A stretch of DNA of 64,000 nucleotides from an uncultured Erysipelotrichaceae bacterium (GCA_902793375.1 CADBDE010000001.1:157807-221806); one strand, 5' to 3'; counted from the stretch's first letter, positions 38,352 to 50,891 are shown. The notes: generated from the letters alone by a model not told the origin. A program made the numbers and translations.

Positions 38352-38684
38352 ATGGAAGGAAAAGCAATCGCAAGATCAGTTAGAATTTCTCCAATTAAAG
38401 CAAGATTAGTAATTGATTTAATTCGTGGAAAAAATACTGATGAAGCAATAAATATACTTGAAAATAGAAATAGAAGATCTAGCAAAATAGTTTTAAAAGT
38501 TCTAAATTCTGCAATTGCAAATGCAGTGAATAACTTCGGTTTAGACGGAAAGAAACTATATGTTAAAGAAGCTAGAGTAGACGCTGGTCCTGTTATGAAG
38601 AGAGTTATGTTTGATTCTCGTAGTCATATTGGACACAAAGATAGAAGAACTAGTCACATTATCGTTGTAGTGGCTGAGAGATAA
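38352..38684 (+). CDS. rplV: 50S ribosomal protein L22
   Basis: MEGKAIARSVRISP...; GGGAGG RBS 8 nt upstream of the ATG at 38352 (the track start at 38331 is an extension). Confidence 0.93.
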   Translation: MEGKAIARSVRISPIKARLVIDLIRGKNTDEAINILENRNRRSSKIVLKVLNSAIANAVNNFGLDGKKLYVKEARVDAGPVMKRVMFDSRSHIGHKDRRTSHIIVVVAER

Positions 38685-38699
38685 TCTAAGGAGGTTAAT

Positions 38700-39434
38700 A
38701 TGGGACAAAAGGTTAGTCCAATTGGACTTAGAATAGGAATCAATAGAGGCTGGGAAGCTAACTGGTATGCAAATAACAGTGATTTCTCTAAATACTTAGA
38801 AAATGATTTAAAGATTCGTAAGTTTTTAGGAAAAAAATTAAAAGATGCTGGAATAAGCACTATTGAAATTGAAAGAAATAATAAAAGATGCGAAGTTATA
38901 ATTCATACATCTCGTCCAGGAATTATCATTGGAAAAGGTGGAGAAGAAATAGAAAACTTAAAGAAAGAAATTAAGAATTTAGTTAACGAAGAAGTTCAAA
39001 TTTCTATCGTTGATATTAAAAAGCCAGATTTAGATGCAAAAATAGTTGCTGATTCAATTGCACAACAAATCGAAAATAGAGCATCATTTAGAATGGCTCA
39101 AAAGAAAGCAATCAGAAACGTTATGAAAGCTGGAGCTAAGGGAGTTAAAACTTTAGTATCAGGAAGACTTAATGGTGCTGATATTGCAAGAAGTGAAGGA
39201 TATTCTGAAGGAACTATTCCTCTACACACTTTAAGAGCAGATGTTGACTATGCTTTATCTGAAGCTGATACAACATTCGGAAAAATTGGTGTAAAGGTAT
39301 GGATCTATAAAGGAGAAATCCTTGGGGATAATAGAGCTCAAAAGGAAGAAAAACCTGCTAGAGCTGAAAGACCAGAAAGAAAAGAAAGAAAAGAAAAAAC
39401 AGAAAAAAATGAAAAGGCTAAAGGAGGTAATTAA
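38700..39434 (+). CDS. rpsC: 30S ribosomal protein S3 (with a K/E/R-rich C-terminal tail)
   Basis: KH-domain S3 homology; C-terminal [28 protein letters not shown]. Confidence 0.95.
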   Translation: MGQKVSPIGLRIGINRGWEANWYANNSDFSKYLENDLKIRKFLGKKLKDAGISTIEIERNNKRCEVIIHTSRPGIIIGKGGEEIENLKKEIKNLVNEEVQISIVDIKKPDLDAKIVADSIAQQIENRASFRMAQKKAIRNVMKAGAKGVKTLVSGRLNGADIARSEGYSEGTIPLHTLRADVDYALSEADTTFGKIGVKVWIYKGEILGDNRAQKEEKPARAERPERKERKEKTEKNEKAKGGN

Positions 39435-39436
39435 TT

Positions 39437-39868
39437 ATGTTAATACCATCAAGAACTAAATACCGTCGTGTACATAGATTACCTTACGAAGGTCATGCAA
39501 AAGGTAATACTGAATTACACAATGGAGAATATGGTTTAATGGCTATGGAAGGTGCTTGGATCACTGCAAATCAAATTGAAGCAGCTCGTGTAGCTATGAC
39601 TCGTTATATGAAACGTGGTGGAAAAGTATATATTAATATTTTCCCACATATGCCTTTAACTAAGAAACCTCTTGGTACTCGTCAAGGAAAAGGTAAAGGA
39701 AACGTTGAAGAATGGGTAGCAGTTGTTAAAACTGGAAAAATTATGTTTGAAGTAAAAGAAGTTACTGAAGATATCGCAAGAGAAGCTTTAAGACTTGCTT
39801 CACATAAACTACCAATAAAAACAAAATTCGTAATGAAAGAAAATGGTGGTGAAAAAAATGAAGGTTAA
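39437..39868 (+). CDS. rplP: 50S ribosomal protein L16
   Basis: [11 protein letters not shown]...; homology and order. Confidence 0.95.
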   Translation: MLIPSRTKYRRVHRLPYEGHAKGNTELHNGEYGLMAMEGAWITANQIEAARVAMTRYMKRGGKVYINIFPHMPLTKKPLGTRQGKGKGNVEEWVAVVKTGKIMFEVKEVTEDIAREALRLASHKLPIKTKFVMKENGGEKNEG

Positions 39869-40067
39869 TGAAATTAGAAATCTAACCACTGATGAAATTA
39901 TTGCTAAAATAAAAGAATCAAAAGAAGAATTATTTAACTTACGTTTTCAACAAGCAACTGGAAACTTAGACAAACCTTCAAAAATTAAAGATTTAAGACA
40001 TACAGTCGCAAGACTTAAAACTGTTCTTCGTGAAAGAGAATTAGAAGAGCAAGGAAAGGCTAAGTAG
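39858..40067 (+). CDS. rpmC: 50S ribosomal protein L29
   Basis: [14 protein letters not shown]...; the ATG at 39858 overlaps the rplP end; the track start at 39843 is an extension. Confidence 0.9.
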   Translation: MKVNEIRNLTTDEIIAKIKESKEELFNLRFQQATGNLDKPSKIKDLRHTVARLKTVLRERELEEQGKAK

Positions 40068-40078
40068 GAGGGTTGTAT

Positions 40079-40336
40079 ATGGAAAAAACAAATAGAGAAT
40101 TAGTTGGAAAAGTAGTTAGTTCAGTTAATAATAAAACAATAACTGTATTAGTTGAAACTTACAAAAAGCATCCATTATATGGAAAAAGAGTTAAGTCTTC
40201 AAAGAAATATGCAGTTCATGATGAAAGCAATAAAGCAAAAGTAGGAGATGTAGTTAGAATAGTTGAAACAAGACCACTTTCTAAAACAAAAAGATTCTAC
40301 TTAAAAGAAATAGTAAAGGAAGCAGTTATTTTATAA
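40079..40336 (+). CDS. rpsQ: 30S ribosomal protein S17
   Basis: [14 protein letters not shown]...; GGAGGG RBS 8 nt upstream. Confidence 0.93.
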   Translation: MEKTNRELVGKVVSSVNNKTITVLVETYKKHPLYGKRVKSSKKYAVHDESNKAKVGDVVRIVETRPLSKTKRFYLKEIVKEAVIL

Positions 40337-40363
40337 TAACTATTAGGTGAAGGAGGATTTATT

Positions 40364-40732
40364 ATGATTCAACAAGAGAGTCGTTTAAAAGTTGCTGATA
40401 ACTCTGGCGCAAGAGAACTTTTAGTTATCCGTGTTATGGGTGGAAGCAAAGTTAAAACTGGTAATGTCGGTGACATAGTTGTTGGTACAGTTAAAAATGC
40501 AACACCTAATGGAACTGTTCAAAAAGGAAAAGTTGTTAAAGCCGTTATAGTAAGAACTACATTCGGATTAAGAAGAGAAGATGGATCTTACATTAAATTC
40601 GACGATAACGCTTGTGTAATAATCAGGGATGATAAGAGTCCTGTTGGAACTCGTATCTTTGGACCTGTTGCTAGAGAACTTCGTGATAAAGATTTCATGA
40701 AAATCGTTTCTTTAGCAAAAGAAGTACTATAG
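40364..40732 (+). CDS. rplN: 50S ribosomal protein L14
   Basis: [16 protein letters not shown].... Confidence 0.97.
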   Translation: MIQQESRLKVADNSGARELLVIRVMGGSKVKTGNVGDIVVGTVKNATPNGTVQKGKVVKAVIVRTTFGLRREDGSYIKFDDNACVIIRDDKSPVGTRIFGPVARELRDKDFMKIVSLAKEVL

Positions 40733-40741
40733 GAGGTTATT

Positions 40742-41047
40742 ATGAACTTAAAAGTTGGAGATAAAGTTGTAGTAATTGCCGGAGCTAATAAAGGTAAAGA
40801 AGGAAAAATTACTAAGACATTAGCTAAAGAAAACAGAGTAATAGTTGAAGGAGTTAACGTAGTTAAGAAACATAAGAAAGGTAATGGACAAGAATCTGGT
40901 GGAATTCTAGAAGTAGAAGCACCAATCCATGCTTCTAATGTTATGATTATCGATCCTAAGACTAAGAAAAGAACTAGAATCGGACATACTATAGAAAAAG
41001 ATAAAAAAGTAAGAGTCGCTAAAAAATCTGGCGAGAAGATTGATTAG
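40742..41047 (+). CDS. rplX: 50S ribosomal protein L24
   Basis: KOW motif [17 protein letters not shown]. Confidence 0.95.
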   Translation: MNLKVGDKVVVIAGANKGKEGKITKTLAKENRVIVEGVNVVKKHKKGNGQESGGILEVEAPIHASNVMIIDPKTKKRTRIGHTIEKDKKVRVAKKSGEKID

Positions 41048-41066
41048 TGGAAGGAGGAATTGATTT

Positions 41067-41606
41067 ATGAACCGCCTAAAAGAAAAATATGTAAAAGAAA
41101 TCGTTCCAAGCTTAATTAAAAAACATAATTATACTACTATTATGGAAGTTCCAAAACTTGAGAAGATTGTTATTAATATGGGTGTAGGAGATGCAACAGG
41201 AAATTCTAAATTAATGGAAGCTGCTGTTAAAGATCTTGAATTAATTTCAGGACAAAAACCAGTTATCACTAAAGCTAGAAAATCAATTGCAGGATTCAAA
41301 TTAAGAGAAGGTCAATCAATTGGATGTAAAGTTACATTAAGAGGAAACAATATGTATAACTTCATGGATAAGTTAGTATCTATCGGACTTCCTCGTGTTC
41401 GTGACTTTAGAGGAGTTTCTCCTAAAGCATTTGATGGACGTGGAAACTACACATTAGGAATTAAAGAACAATTAATATTTTCTGAAATAGAATATGATAA
41501 CGTTGTTAAAGTACGTGGTATGGATATCGTATTTGTAACAACTGCAAAATCTAATGAAGAAGCATATGATTTATTAAGTGAACTTGGAATTCCATTTAGA
41601 AAGTAA
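41067..41606 (+). CDS. rplE: 50S ribosomal protein L5
   Basis: Homology and order. Confidence 0.97.
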   Translation: MNRLKEKYVKEIVPSLIKKHNYTTIMEVPKLEKIVINMGVGDATGNSKLMEAAVKDLELISGQKPVITKARKSIAGFKLREGQSIGCKVTLRGNNMYNFMDKLVSIGLPRVRDFRGVSPKAFDGRGNYTLGIKEQLIFSEIEYDNVVKVRGMDIVFVTTAKSNEEAYDLLSELGIPFRK

Positions 41607-41620
41607 TTGGAGGGTAAATA

Positions 41621-41806
41621 ATGGCAAAAAAAAGTATGATTGTTAAAGCTAACAGAAAGCAAAAATATAAAGTAAGAGAGTATACACGTTGCAAAAGATG
41701 TGGAAGACCTCATGCAGTATTAAGTAAATTTGGAATATGCCGTATTTGCTTTAGAGAATTAGCTTATAAAGGACAAATACCAGGTGTTAAAAAGTCAAGC
41801 TGGTAA
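41621..41806 (+). CDS. rpsZ: 30S ribosomal protein S14 type Z (zinc-binding, 61 aa)
   Basis: [25 protein letters not shown], a C4 zinc ribbon. Confidence 0.95.
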   Translation: MAKKSMIVKANRKQKYKVREYTRCKRCGRPHAVLSKFGICRICFRELAYKGQIPGVKKSSW

Positions 41807-41828
41807 TTTGGGAAGGAGGATTTAATTT

Positions 41829-42230
41829 ATGGCTGTAGTAACTGATACAATTGCTGATATGTTAACACGTATCCGTAACGCAAATTCAATGAGTTATGAA
41901 GAAGTTAGTGTTCCTTCTTCTAAGTTAAAAGTAGAAATAGCTAGAATATTAAAAGAAGAAGGATTCATTAAAGATTATAAAGTAGTTAGCGAAGGTGTTG
42001 AAAAGAACATTTTACTAACACTTAAATATGGAAAAAAGAAAGAGAAAGTAATTACTGGACTTAAGCGTATATCTAAACCAGGATTAAGAGTTTATGTAAG
42101 AAGTGACGAAGTTCCAAAAGTTCTTAATGGACTTGGAATTGCAATCATTTCAACTTCAAAAGGTATTATGACTGATAAAGAAGCAAGAAAACTTAATATT
42201 GGTGGAGAAGTACTTGCTTACGTTTGGTAA
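41829..42230 (+). CDS. rpsH: 30S ribosomal protein S8
   Basis: Homology and order. Confidence 0.97.
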   Translation: MAVVTDTIADMLTRIRNANSMSYEEVSVPSSKLKVEIARILKEEGFIKDYKVVSEGVEKNILLTLKYGKKKEKVITGLKRISKPGLRVYVRSDEVPKVLNGLGIAIISTSKGIMTDKEARKLNIGGEVLAYVW

Positions 42231-42256
42231 TCTAAAGTGTAAGGAGGCCTAGGGAA

Positions 42257-42787
42257 ATGAGTCGTATTGGAAATAGAAAACTTGAAATACCAGCAGGTGT
42301 TGAAGTAAAAGAAGAAAATGGAATCGTTACTGTAAAAGGACCTAAAGGAGAACTTACTACTAAATTAGCACAAGGAATTAGTGTTAAAATAGAAGGAAAC
42401 ACTTTAGAAGTATTAAGAGAAAACGATTTATATAAACCAATGCATGGAACTATTAATGCTAATATTCATAATATGCTTATTGGTGTTACAAAAGGTTTCA
42501 AAAAAGAACTAGAAATAGTTGGTGTTGGTTATCGTTTTGCATTAAAAGGTAATGCAATAGTAATTAGTGCTGGATATAGTCATCCAGTAGAAATGCAAAT
42601 TCCAGCAGGAATCAAAGTTGAATCACCAAGTAATACAGAATTAACTATTACTGGATTCGATAAAGAATTAGTTGGAGAATTTGCAGCAAATGTTAGAAAA
42701 GTTAGACAACCTGAACCTTATAAAGGAAAAGGTATTCGTTATAAAGACGAACACATTATTCGTAAGGAAGGTAAGAAAGCTGCTTAA
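42257..42787 (+). CDS. rplF: 50S ribosomal protein L6
   Basis: Homology and order. Confidence 0.97.
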   Translation: MSRIGNRKLEIPAGVEVKEENGIVTVKGPKGELTTKLAQGISVKIEGNTLEVLRENDLYKPMHGTINANIHNMLIGVTKGFKKELEIVGVGYRFALKGNAIVISAGYSHPVEMQIPAGIKVESPSNTELTITGFDKELVGEFAANVRKVRQPEPYKGKGIRYKDEHIIRKEGKKAA

Positions 42788-42812
42788 AATATAGGATAAG
42801 GAGAAGTTACTT

Positions 42813-43175
42813 ATGATTAAAAAAGAATCAAGAAATACTATGCGTGTTGAAAGACACACAAGAGTAAGAAAAGATGTACATGGTACAACTGCTGTTCCAA
42901 GACTTAATGTGTTTAGATCAAATTCAAACATTTTTGCACAAATTATTGATGATGAAGAAGGAAAAACATTAGTTGCTGCTTCATCACTTGATAAAGATCT
43001 AAAATTAAAAAATGGAAGTAATGTTGAAGCTGCTACAAAAGTTGGCGAAAAAATCGCTAAGTTAGCAGTTAAAGCAAAAATCAAAAAAGTAGTATTCGAC
43101 AGAGGCGGATACTTATACCATGGACGTGTAGAAGCTTTAGCTAACGCTGCACGTGAAAATGGATTAGAGTTCTAG
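42813..43175 (+). CDS. rplR: 50S ribosomal protein L18
   Basis: Homology and order. Confidence 0.95.
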   Translation: MIKKESRNTMRVERHTRVRKDVHGTTAVPRLNVFRSNSNIFAQIIDDEEGKTLVAASSLDKDLKLKNGSNVEAATKVGEKIAKLAVKAKIKKVVFDRGGYLYHGRVEALANAARENGLEF

Positions 43176-43189
43176 AAGGAGGGTAATTT

Positions 43190-43708
43190 ATGCAAAATAA
43201 TAAAAAAGTAGAAGACCCAAAACAACAAAAGACTTTAGAAGAGCAAGTTGTAGAAATCAAAAGCGTAGTTAAAGTTAATAAAGGTGGTAGACAAAGAAGA
43301 TTTTCTGCTACAGTTGTTGTTGGAGATAGACATGGGAAAGTTGGTCTAGGTATGGGAAAAGCAAATGAAGTACCAGATGCAATTAAAAAAGCTATTCAAG
43401 ACGCTAACAAAAATTTAATAACAGTTCCTTTAACTGATGAAAGAACAATTGCTTATGAAGTAATTGGAAACAAAGGAGCTGCAAAAGTATTATTAAGACC
43501 TGCTGCTGCCGGTACTGGAGTTATAGCTGGAGGTGCAGTAAGAGCTGTACTTGAGCTTGCTGGTATCCGTGACATTTTATCTAAATCACTTGGAGCAAGA
43601 ACTAAAAATAATATGGCTAATGCAACACTTGATGCATTAAAGCAAATTAAAACACCTGAACATATCGCTGAACTAAGAGGTAAAAAAGTAGAGGAGATAT
43701 TAGGATAA
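43190..43708 (+). CDS. rpsE: 30S ribosomal protein S5
   Basis: Homology; its stop shares one base with the rplO ATG, and no rpmD lies between them. Confidence 0.97.
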   Translation: MQNNKKVEDPKQQKTLEEQVVEIKSVVKVNKGGRQRRFSATVVVGDRHGKVGLGMGKANEVPDAIKKAIQDANKNLITVPLTDERTIAYEVIGNKGAAKVLLRPAAAGTGVIAGGAVRAVLELAGIRDILSKSLGARTKNNMANATLDALKQIKTPEHIAELRGKKVEEILG

Positions 43709-44151
43709 TGAAATTACATGAATTAGAAAAAAATATTGGAGCTACTCAAAAACGTAAAATCGTTGGTCGTGGTAGAGGATCAGGTTTAGGAAAAACAAGT
43801 GGTAAAGGTCATAAAGGTCAAAATGCTAGAAGTGGTGGAGGAGTAAGAACTATATTTGAAGGAGGACAAACTCCATTATATAGACGTCTTCCAAAAAGAG
43901 GATTTAATAATGCTCAATTTAGAACAGAATATGCAGTAATTAATGTTAGCGATTTAAATAGATTTGAAAATGGTACAGTAGTATCCCCTGCTTTATTAAA
44001 GGAAGTAGGATTAGTTAAAAACCAATTAGATGGTATTAAAGTATTAGGAAATGGAGAATTAACTAAGAAGTTAACTATCCAAGCAAATAAATTTTCTAAG
44101 ACTGCAGTTGAAAAGATTGAAAAGTCAGGAAGTAAAATAGAGGTGATGTAA
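43708..44151 (+). CDS. rplO: 50S ribosomal protein L15
   Basis: Homology and order. Confidence 0.97.
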   Translation: MKLHELEKNIGATQKRKIVGRGRGSGLGKTSGKGHKGQNARSGGGVRTIFEGGQTPLYRRLPKRGFNNAQFRTEYAVINVSDLNRFENGTVVSPALLKEVGLVKNQLDGIKVLGNGELTKKLTIQANKFSKTAVEKIEKSGSKIEVM

Positions 44152-44152
44152 T

Positions 44153-45418
44153 ATGTTTCAAGCATTGAAACAATTATCTGCACCTACAAATAAAGATTTA
44201 AGGCAAAGAATATTCTTTACTTTAGGTGTATTAGCACTATTTATTGTTGGAACTTATGTGCAAATACCTGGTACTCCACATTTGGATTATTCTTCAACAG
44301 CGTTTGGCACATTAAATGCCTTCACTGGTGGAGCAATGCAAAAGTTTTCAATATTTTCATTAGGAGTTACACCATATATCACTGCTTCAATCATTATTCA
44401 ATTATTACAGATGGATATCATTCCATACTTTAGTGAATTAAAAGAAGAGGGACCTACAGGAAGGCAAAAAATAAATAAAATTACTAGATATATGGGAATT
44501 ATATTTGCATTCATTGAGGGATTTATATTTGCAATAGCATTTCTAGGTAGTGGAAAAACTACTATGGATTATATGTATGTTGCAACTGTAATCACTGCAG
44601 GAACATCTTTCCTATTATGGTTAGGTGATCAAATAACTCAGAAAGGAATTGGTAATGGTATATCACTATTAATCATGGCTGGTATCATTGCTACACTTCC
44701 TGGAACATTTGTTACTGTATTTCAAGATTTAGTAACAAGTGGTAATTATGAATTATGGTTAGGAATAATTTTATTTGTATTATTTATAATTATGTATTTT
44801 GCTGTAGTTATTGGTGTTATTTATATGGAAGAAGCTGAAAGAAGAATTCAAATTCAATATGCAAATAAATCTACATTTGGTAATAATCAAAGTTATATGC
44901 CAATAAAGATTAATACAGCTGGGGTTGTTCCAGTAATATTTGCATCAAGTTTACTTACAATACCTGCAGTAATAGCACAATTTACTAAGAACGAAGGGTT
45001 TATAGATTTTGTAAATAATTATTTATCTTATACAAAACCTGTTGGATTCTTAATATTTGTAGTATTAATATATTTCTTTGCATACTTCTATACATTTATT
45101 CAATTAAGACCAGAAGAGTTAGCAAAGAACTTAAAAGAAAATGGTGGATTTGTTCCTGGTGTTAGACCTGGAAAAGACACTGAAAATTATATCTCAAAAG
45201 TATTATCTAGATTAACAGTATTTGGAGCATTATTCTTAGTAGTAATAGCATCTCTACCAATTGTATTCTCAGCTGTTACTGGACTTCCTCAAAGTGTTTC
45301 AATTGGTGGAACTAGCTTACTAATCGTTGTAGGTGTTGCTCTTGAAACATATAGACAATTAGAGGGTAGTTTGGTATCAAGAAATTATAAGAGAGGATAT
45401 ACAGGTAGAAGAAGATAA
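44153..45418 (+). CDS. secY: Preprotein translocase subunit SecY
   Basis: 10-TM SecY homology. Confidence 0.97.
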   Translation: MFQALKQLSAPTNKDLRQRIFFTLGVLALFIVGTYVQIPGTPHLDYSSTAFGTLNAFTGGAMQKFSIFSLGVTPYITASIIIQLLQMDIIPYFSELKEEGPTGRQKINKITRYMGIIFAFIEGFIFAIAFLGSGKTTMDYMYVATVITAGTSFLLWLGDQITQKGIGNGISLLIMAGIIATLPGTFVTVFQDLVTSGNYELWLGIILFVLFIIMYFAVVIGVIYMEEAERRIQIQYANKSTFGNNQSYMPIKINTAGVVPVIFASSLLTIPAVIAQFTKNEGFIDFVNNYLSYTKPVGFLIFVVLIYFFAYFYTFIQLRPEELAKNLKENGGFVPGVRPGKDTENYISKVLSRLTVFGALFLVVIASLPIVFSAVTGLPQSVSIGGTSLLIVVGVALETYRQLEGSLVSRNYKRGYTGRRR

Positions 45419-46071
45419 TGAAGAATTTAATATTAATAGCAGCACCAGGTGCTGGAAAAGGAACACTATCAAAAGACTTATTAAGTAAATATGATTATGT
45501 TCATATATCTACTGGAGATTTACTAAGAGAACAAGTTGCTAAGGGAGATGAACTTGGTCGTGAAATACAAAAAGTTCAAGAAGCTGGTGGACTTGTATCA
45601 AATGAAATCGTTTATAAAGCATTAGAAAATAAACTAAGTGATCCTGCTTGTGACAATGGTTACATACTTGATGGATTTCCAAGAAACTTAGAACAAGCAA
45701 AAGAATACGATAACATATTAAAAAGAAGTAAAAGGGATTTAGGAATGGTATTATTATTAGATATTCCTAAAGAAGAATTAATTGAAAGAATAACAGGTAG
45801 ATTTACTTGTAAGGATTGTGGAGAAATCCATAATATTTACAATGATGAATTAAAACCTGTTAAAGAAGGAATTTGTAATAAGTGTGGAGGAGTTCTTACT
45901 CAAAGAAGTGATGATAATCTTGAATCATTTGAGAAAAGATATCAAACTTATTTAGAGAACACTGCACCACTTATAGATTTCTATAAAGAAAAAGGTGTAT
46001 TATATACAATTGATTCTAGTAAAGGTCATATTAATACACTAATGGAAGCAGAAGAATTATTAAATAAGTAA
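45418..46071 (+). CDS. adk: Adenylate kinase (zinc-binding LID, CxxC...CxxC)
   Basis: P-loop GAPGAGKGT; LID CKDCGEIHN...CNKCGG. Confidence 0.97.
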   Translation: MKNLILIAAPGAGKGTLSKDLLSKYDYVHISTGDLLREQVAKGDELGREIQKVQEAGGLVSNEIVYKALENKLSDPACDNGYILDGFPRNLEQAKEYDNILKRSKRDLGMVLLLDIPKEELIERITGRFTCKDCGEIHNIYNDELKPVKEGICNKCGGVLTQRSDDNLESFEKRYQTYLENTAPLIDFYKEKGVLYTIDSSKGHINTLMEAEELLNK

Positions 46072-46083
46072 CTAGGTGATAAA

Positions 46084-46833
46084 ATGATAAATATAAAAAG
46101 TGATCATGAAATTGAATTATTAAGGATTGCTGGAAGTATCGTTTATCAGACACACCAATATTTGAAGCCTTTCATAAAAGAAGGAATCACCACTAAAGAG
46201 TTAGATACTCTTGCTGAAAAGTTTATTAGAAGCAAAGGTGCAACTCCTTCTTGCAAAGGTTATCATGGTTTTCCTGCAACTTTATGTACAAGCATAAATG
46301 ATGAAGTTGTTCATGGAATACCAAGTGGGCGCAAGTTAAAGAATGGTGATATAATCACCCTTGATATTTGTGCTTGTTACAAAGGATATCATGGTGATTC
46401 TGCTTGGACATATGAAGTAGGGGAAGTATCAGAAGATGTTAAACATCTAATGAAAGGTACTCATGAAGCTCTATTTGCTGGTCTAGAACAAGTTAAACCA
46501 GGAAATAGAATTGGTGATATCTCAAATGCTGTAGAAACTGTCGCAAAAAAGTATCATCTTGGTGTTGTTCGCGAACTTTGTGGACATGGAGTGGGACATG
46601 ATTTACATGAAGATCCAGATATTCCAAATTTTGGAAAAGCAGGTAAAGGACCACTAATTAAAGAGGGTATGGTATTTGCAGTAGAACCAATGTTAAATTT
46701 AGGAGATAGAGATGTATGCATGTTAGATGATGGATGGACAATCGTTACTTATGATGAGAAACCATCAGCACACTTTGAGCATACTGTTCTAGTTACTAAA
46801 GATGGTTATGAAATATTAACGACTGGAGAGTGA
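46084..46833 (+). CDS. map: Methionine aminopeptidase, type I
   Basis: Metal ligands in the [12 protein letters not shown]...HGVGHDLHE...FAVEPM context. Confidence 0.95.
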   Translation: MINIKSDHEIELLRIAGSIVYQTHQYLKPFIKEGITTKELDTLAEKFIRSKGATPSCKGYHGFPATLCTSINDEVVHGIPSGRKLKNGDIITLDICACYKGYHGDSAWTYEVGEVSEDVKHLMKGTHEALFAGLEQVKPGNRIGDISNAVETVAKKYHLGVVRELCGHGVGHDLHEDPDIPNFGKAGKGPLIKEGMVFAVEPMLNLGDRDVCMLDDGWTIVTYDEKPSAHFEHTVLVTKDGYEILTTGE

Positions 46834-46837
46834 TGAT

Positions 46838-47183
<346 letters not shown>

Positions 47184-47200
47184 TGGAAGGAGAGTAATTT

Positions 47201-47566
47201 ATGGCTCGTATTAAAGGTGTAGATATTCCTAATGATAAGCAAGTTGAAACATCAATTACTTATATTTATGGAATAGGAAGAAAATTAGCAAAAACAATTG
47301 TTACTAATGCAAAAGTTGATGGTAGCAAAAGAGTTAAAGATTTAGATAATGATGAATTAACTAGATTACGTGATGAAATTTCAAATTATGTTGTTGAAGG
47401 AGATTTAAGAAGAGATGTTAACATGAACATCAAAACTAAAATGGAAATCAACTCATATCAAGGAACTCGTCATAAAAAAGGATTACCTGTTAGAGGACAA
47501 AGCACTAGAAGTAATGCTAGAACTCGTAAAGGAAAAGGTAAGACTATAGCTAATAAGAAGAAATAA
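47201..47566 (+). CDS. rpsM: 30S ribosomal protein S13
   Basis: Homology and order. Confidence 0.97.
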   Translation: MARIKGVDIPNDKQVETSITYIYGIGRKLAKTIVTNAKVDGSKRVKDLDNDELTRLRDEISNYVVEGDLRRDVNMNIKTKMEINSYQGTRHKKGLPVRGQSTRSNARTRKGKGKTIANKKK

Positions 47567-47587
47567 TAGTTAAAGGAGGATATAAAA

Positions 47588-47971
47588 ATGGCTTACAAAA
47601 CTAGAAAGAAAAAAGTCAAGAAAAATGTTCCTGAAGGTGTAGCACATATTCATTCAACATTTAATAATACAATTACTACTATAACTGATAAAGATGGTCA
47701 AGTAGTTGCTTGGTCAAGTAGTGGGGCAATCGGTTACAAAGGTAGTAAAAAATCAACTCCATTTGCTGCTGGTATGGCTGCTGAAGCAGCTGGTAAAACA
47801 GCATTTGATTTGGGTATGAGAAAAATAGAAGTAAATGTAAAAGGATTAGGACCAGGAAGAGAAACTGCCATTAGATCTCTTCAAACAGCAGGATTAGAAA
47901 TAACTTCTATTACTGATGTAACACCAATACCACACAATGGATGTCGTCCACCAAAACGTCCACGTGGTTAA
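47588..47971 (+). CDS. rpsK: 30S ribosomal protein S11
   Basis: Homology and order. Confidence 0.97.
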   Translation: MAYKTRKKKVKKNVPEGVAHIHSTFNNTITTITDKDGQVVAWSSSGAIGYKGSKKSTPFAAGMAAEAAGKTAFDLGMRKIEVNVKGLGPGRETAIRSLQTAGLEITSITDVTPIPHNGCRPPKRPRG

Positions 47972-47995
47972 TGAAAGGAAAAAGGAGGTAGTTTC

Positions 47996-48946
47996 ATGAT
48001 AGAATTTGAAAAACCAAATTATAAAATAACAGATTATGTAGAAAGCAATTTCTACGGAAAATTTGAAATCGAACCACTTGAAAGAGGATTCGGAACAACT
48101 TTAGGAAATGCTTTAAGACGTGTAATGTTATCAAGCCTTCCAGGAAGTGCTTTAAGTAGTGTTAAAATTGAAGGCGTATTACATGAATTTCAAACAATTG
48201 AAGGCGTTGTAGAAGATGTTACTACTATAATTCTTAATTTAAAACAAGTAGTTATTAAGAATCATTCTGACGAACAAAAAGTAGTAAGAATTAATAAAAC
48301 AACAGAAGGACCTGTAACAGCAGGAGATATCGAACATGATGCTGATATCGAAATAGTTAATCCAGATTTAGTACTTGCTAATGTAGCTGCAGGTGGAAAA
48401 CTAATAATGGAAATGACAGTTTCAAATGGAAGAGGATATGTAAGAAGTGAAGAAAACAAAAGAATTCTTGATATTAAGAAAGTTGGAGTTATTGCAATAG
48501 ATTCACTATTCTCACCAATTGAAAGAATATCTTACGATGTTGAACCAGCTCGTGTTGGACAAAATGAAACATATGACAAGTTAATATTAAATGTATGGAC
48601 AAATGGATCAATGAGACCTGAAGAAGCCGTAGCGCTTGCTTCAAGAATCTTAATTGAGCATTTCAATATCTTAACTAACTTAAGTAATATTGCTGATATG
48701 ACTGGAATGATGATTGAAAAAACTGAAGATCCAAAAGTTAAAGCATTAGAAACTACAATAGAAGAATTAGATTTCTCTGTAAGAGCATATAACTGCTTAA
48801 AAAGAGCAAACATTCATACATTACAAGATTTAGTTAATATGAGTGAAAACGACATGATGAAGATACGTAATTTAGGAAAGAAATCTCTTAAAGAAGTACT
48901 TGATAAAGTTCGTGATTTAGGACTTGTATTACGTAATGATGATTAG
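47996..48946 (+). CDS. rpoA: DNA-directed RNA polymerase subunit alpha
   Basis: N-terminal assembly domain plus the C-terminal alpha-CTD; directly follows rpsK with no rpsD, as in Bacillus. Confidence 0.97.
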   Translation: MIEFEKPNYKITDYVESNFYGKFEIEPLERGFGTTLGNALRRVMLSSLPGSALSSVKIEGVLHEFQTIEGVVEDVTTIILNLKQVVIKNHSDEQKVVRINKTTEGPVTAGDIEHDADIEIVNPDLVLANVAAGGKLIMEMTVSNGRGYVRSEENKRILDIKKVGVIAIDSLFSPIERISYDVEPARVGQNETYDKLILNVWTNGSMRPEEAVALASRILIEHFNILTNLSNIADMTGMMIEKTEDPKVKALETTIEELDFSVRAYNCLKRANIHTLQDLVNMSENDMMKIRNLGKKSLKEVLDKVRDLGLVLRNDD

Positions 48947-48960
48947 TAAGGAGGATAATT

Positions 48961-49302
48961 ATGGCATATAGAAAATTAGGAGTAGATACTAAACATAGAA
49001 GAAGCATGCTTGCTAATTTAACAAAAGATCTTATAATGAACGGAAAAATTGTTACTACTGAAACAAGAGCAAAAGAAGTTCGTAAATTTGCTGATAAAAT
49101 GATCACTTATGCTAAAAAAGGTGATTTAATATCAAGACGTAAAGCTTTAGCTTTTCTTCAAAATGATACAGTAGCAGTTAAAAAATTATTTGATGAATTA
49201 GCACCAAAGTATGCTACTAGAAATGGTGGATATACAAGAATTCTTAAATTAGATGAAAGAGTTGGAGATAACGCTTTAATGGCTGTTATGGAGCTTGTAT
49301 AA
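48961..49302 (+). CDS. rplQ: 50S ribosomal protein L17
   Basis: Homology and order. Confidence 0.97.
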   Translation: MAYRKLGVDTKHRRSMLANLTKDLIMNGKIVTTETRAKEVRKFADKMITYAKKGDLISRRKALAFLQNDTVAVKKLFDELAPKYATRNGGYTRILKLDERVGDNALMAVMELV

Positions 49303-49317
49303 TTAGTAAAAAAAAAT

Positions 49318-49343
49318 AACTCGATTTATCGAGTTTTTTTTAT
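49318..49343 (+). terminator. Rho-independent terminator after rplQ
   Basis: aactcgat-tt-atcgagtt followed by ttttttttatt. Confidence 0.75.
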
Positions 49344-49393
49344 TGATAAAATATGCAAAATAAACTATACTTATAGTAAGGAAGGTGATAAAA

Positions 49394-50833
49394 ATGAAGA
49401 AAAAGGGTGGAATTATAGCTACAATACTTGGTGTTATATTACTAGTTGTAGGTGCAATATTAGTACTAACATCTGGATCAAAAAAGACAAATAAGGAGTT
49501 ATACACAGAAGCTGTTCAAAAAAGTTTAGGATTATTTAAAGCTTCAGATTCTGAAAAAACAGACTCAGATGCTGAAAAGGCTATTGAAGACATAATAGAA
49601 AAATTAGAAAAAGATATTTATAAAATTACTATTAATGGTAAATTTACTGAAGGTGAAGCAGGATTTACCAATGCAAATAGTGAAATATATATTGGTAAGA
49701 ATAAATTCTATTTAAAAGCAACTGCTAATATGAATGATAATATATACAATTTAGAAGGAATGTTAAAGGACAATAAATTCTATATTGGAATGAAAGGTAT
49801 TTTAGAAAAAGTTTATTATTTAGACAATATTGGTGATTTTTTTAGTAAAGTATCTTCAGTTGGAAACAATGATTTGTTCGATAAAGTAGTTAAATACTTA
49901 AAAGAATCATTAGAAGATGCTATTAAAGAAGATAATATTAAAGTTGATACAGATGAATTAACAATAGATGGTAAAACATATAAAACAAAAACATATGGAT
50001 ATACTTTTACTGGAAATACAATATATGATGTTGTAGTTAGTTTTGTTAACAAAATAAAAAATGATGATTCTATTTATAATGATATTAATAAACTTTTAGA
50101 AGAATTAGGTGGTCTTTTTGAAGTAAATGAAGAAATGAGTTTTTCAAAGGAAGACTTGAAAAATGCGCTTGATCAAGTACCAGAATTAGTAAAAGGATTA
50201 AAAGACTTAGGTAATTTAGCAACTTATACTGTTCATTTATCAGATGAAGATGTTATAAGTAGACAAATAACAATAAATATAAAACAAGAAGAAATGAATT
50301 TGTCAATAAAATTAGCTGATTATAAAGTAGATAATTATTATAAGATTGTAGCTAGTGCAATGGGTCAAGAAATGTTTAATGCAGTTGTAAAAGAACAAAG
50401 TAAAACAAATAGTACTATCTCAGTTTCTGTAATGGGTCAAGAAATTCTTACAGGATATATGAGTAATAATAATGGAAATTTTGAACTTAGTCTTGAAACT
50501 GTAGGAGACCTAACATCAGGAGCAAAAATATTAATAAAAATTAATAATAATGGTACAGGTACAATTGATATTACTTCTTCAGATGATTCAAAATTAAGTA
50601 TTGATTATAAGATTGAAAAAGTTGATGAAGTACCAGAAATGGATATTACTGACAGCTTACCATTTGAAGAAATGACAGAAGAAGATAAAGAAATATTAGA
50701 AAGATTTAACCCAATGAACATTTTACAAGGGAAATCTGAAGTAGCTGTTGATAAAAGCCCAATCGATGACATTAAACCAAATTGTCATATTGAAGATGGT
50801 GAAATAGTTTGTGAAGATAGTTTAGATATGTAA
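49394..50833 (+). CDS. hypothetical membrane-anchored protein (~480 aa; N-terminal TM helix, C-terminal CxxxxxxxC)
   Basis: AAGGAAGGTGA RBS; TM segment GGIIATILGVILLVVGAILVL; no recognisable domain. Confidence 0.55.
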   Translation: MKKKGGIIATILGVILLVVGAILVLTSGSKKTNKELYTEAVQKSLGLFKASDSEKTDSDAEKAIEDIIEKLEKDIYKITINGKFTEGEAGFTNANSEIYIGKNKFYLKATANMNDNIYNLEGMLKDNKFYIGMKGILEKVYYLDNIGDFFSKVSSVGNNDLFDKVVKYLKESLEDAIKEDNIKVDTDELTIDGKTYKTKTYGYTFTGNTIYDVVVSFVNKIKNDDSIYNDINKLLEELGGLFEVNEEMSFSKEDLKNALDQVPELVKGLKDLGNLATYTVHLSDEDVISRQITINIKQEEMNLSIKLADYKVDNYYKIVASAMGQEMFNAVVKEQSKTNSTISVSVMGQEILTGYMSNNNGNFELSLETVGDLTSGAKILIKINNNGTGTIDITSSDDSKLSIDYKIEKVDEVPEMDITDSLPFEEMTEEDKEILERFNPMNILQGKSEVAVDKSPIDDIKPNCHIEDGEIVCEDSLDM

Positions 50834-50891
50834 TCTAAACTTTTTTCTTTATTTAATAAAATGTGATATAATTAAATTAAGGAGGCATTAT

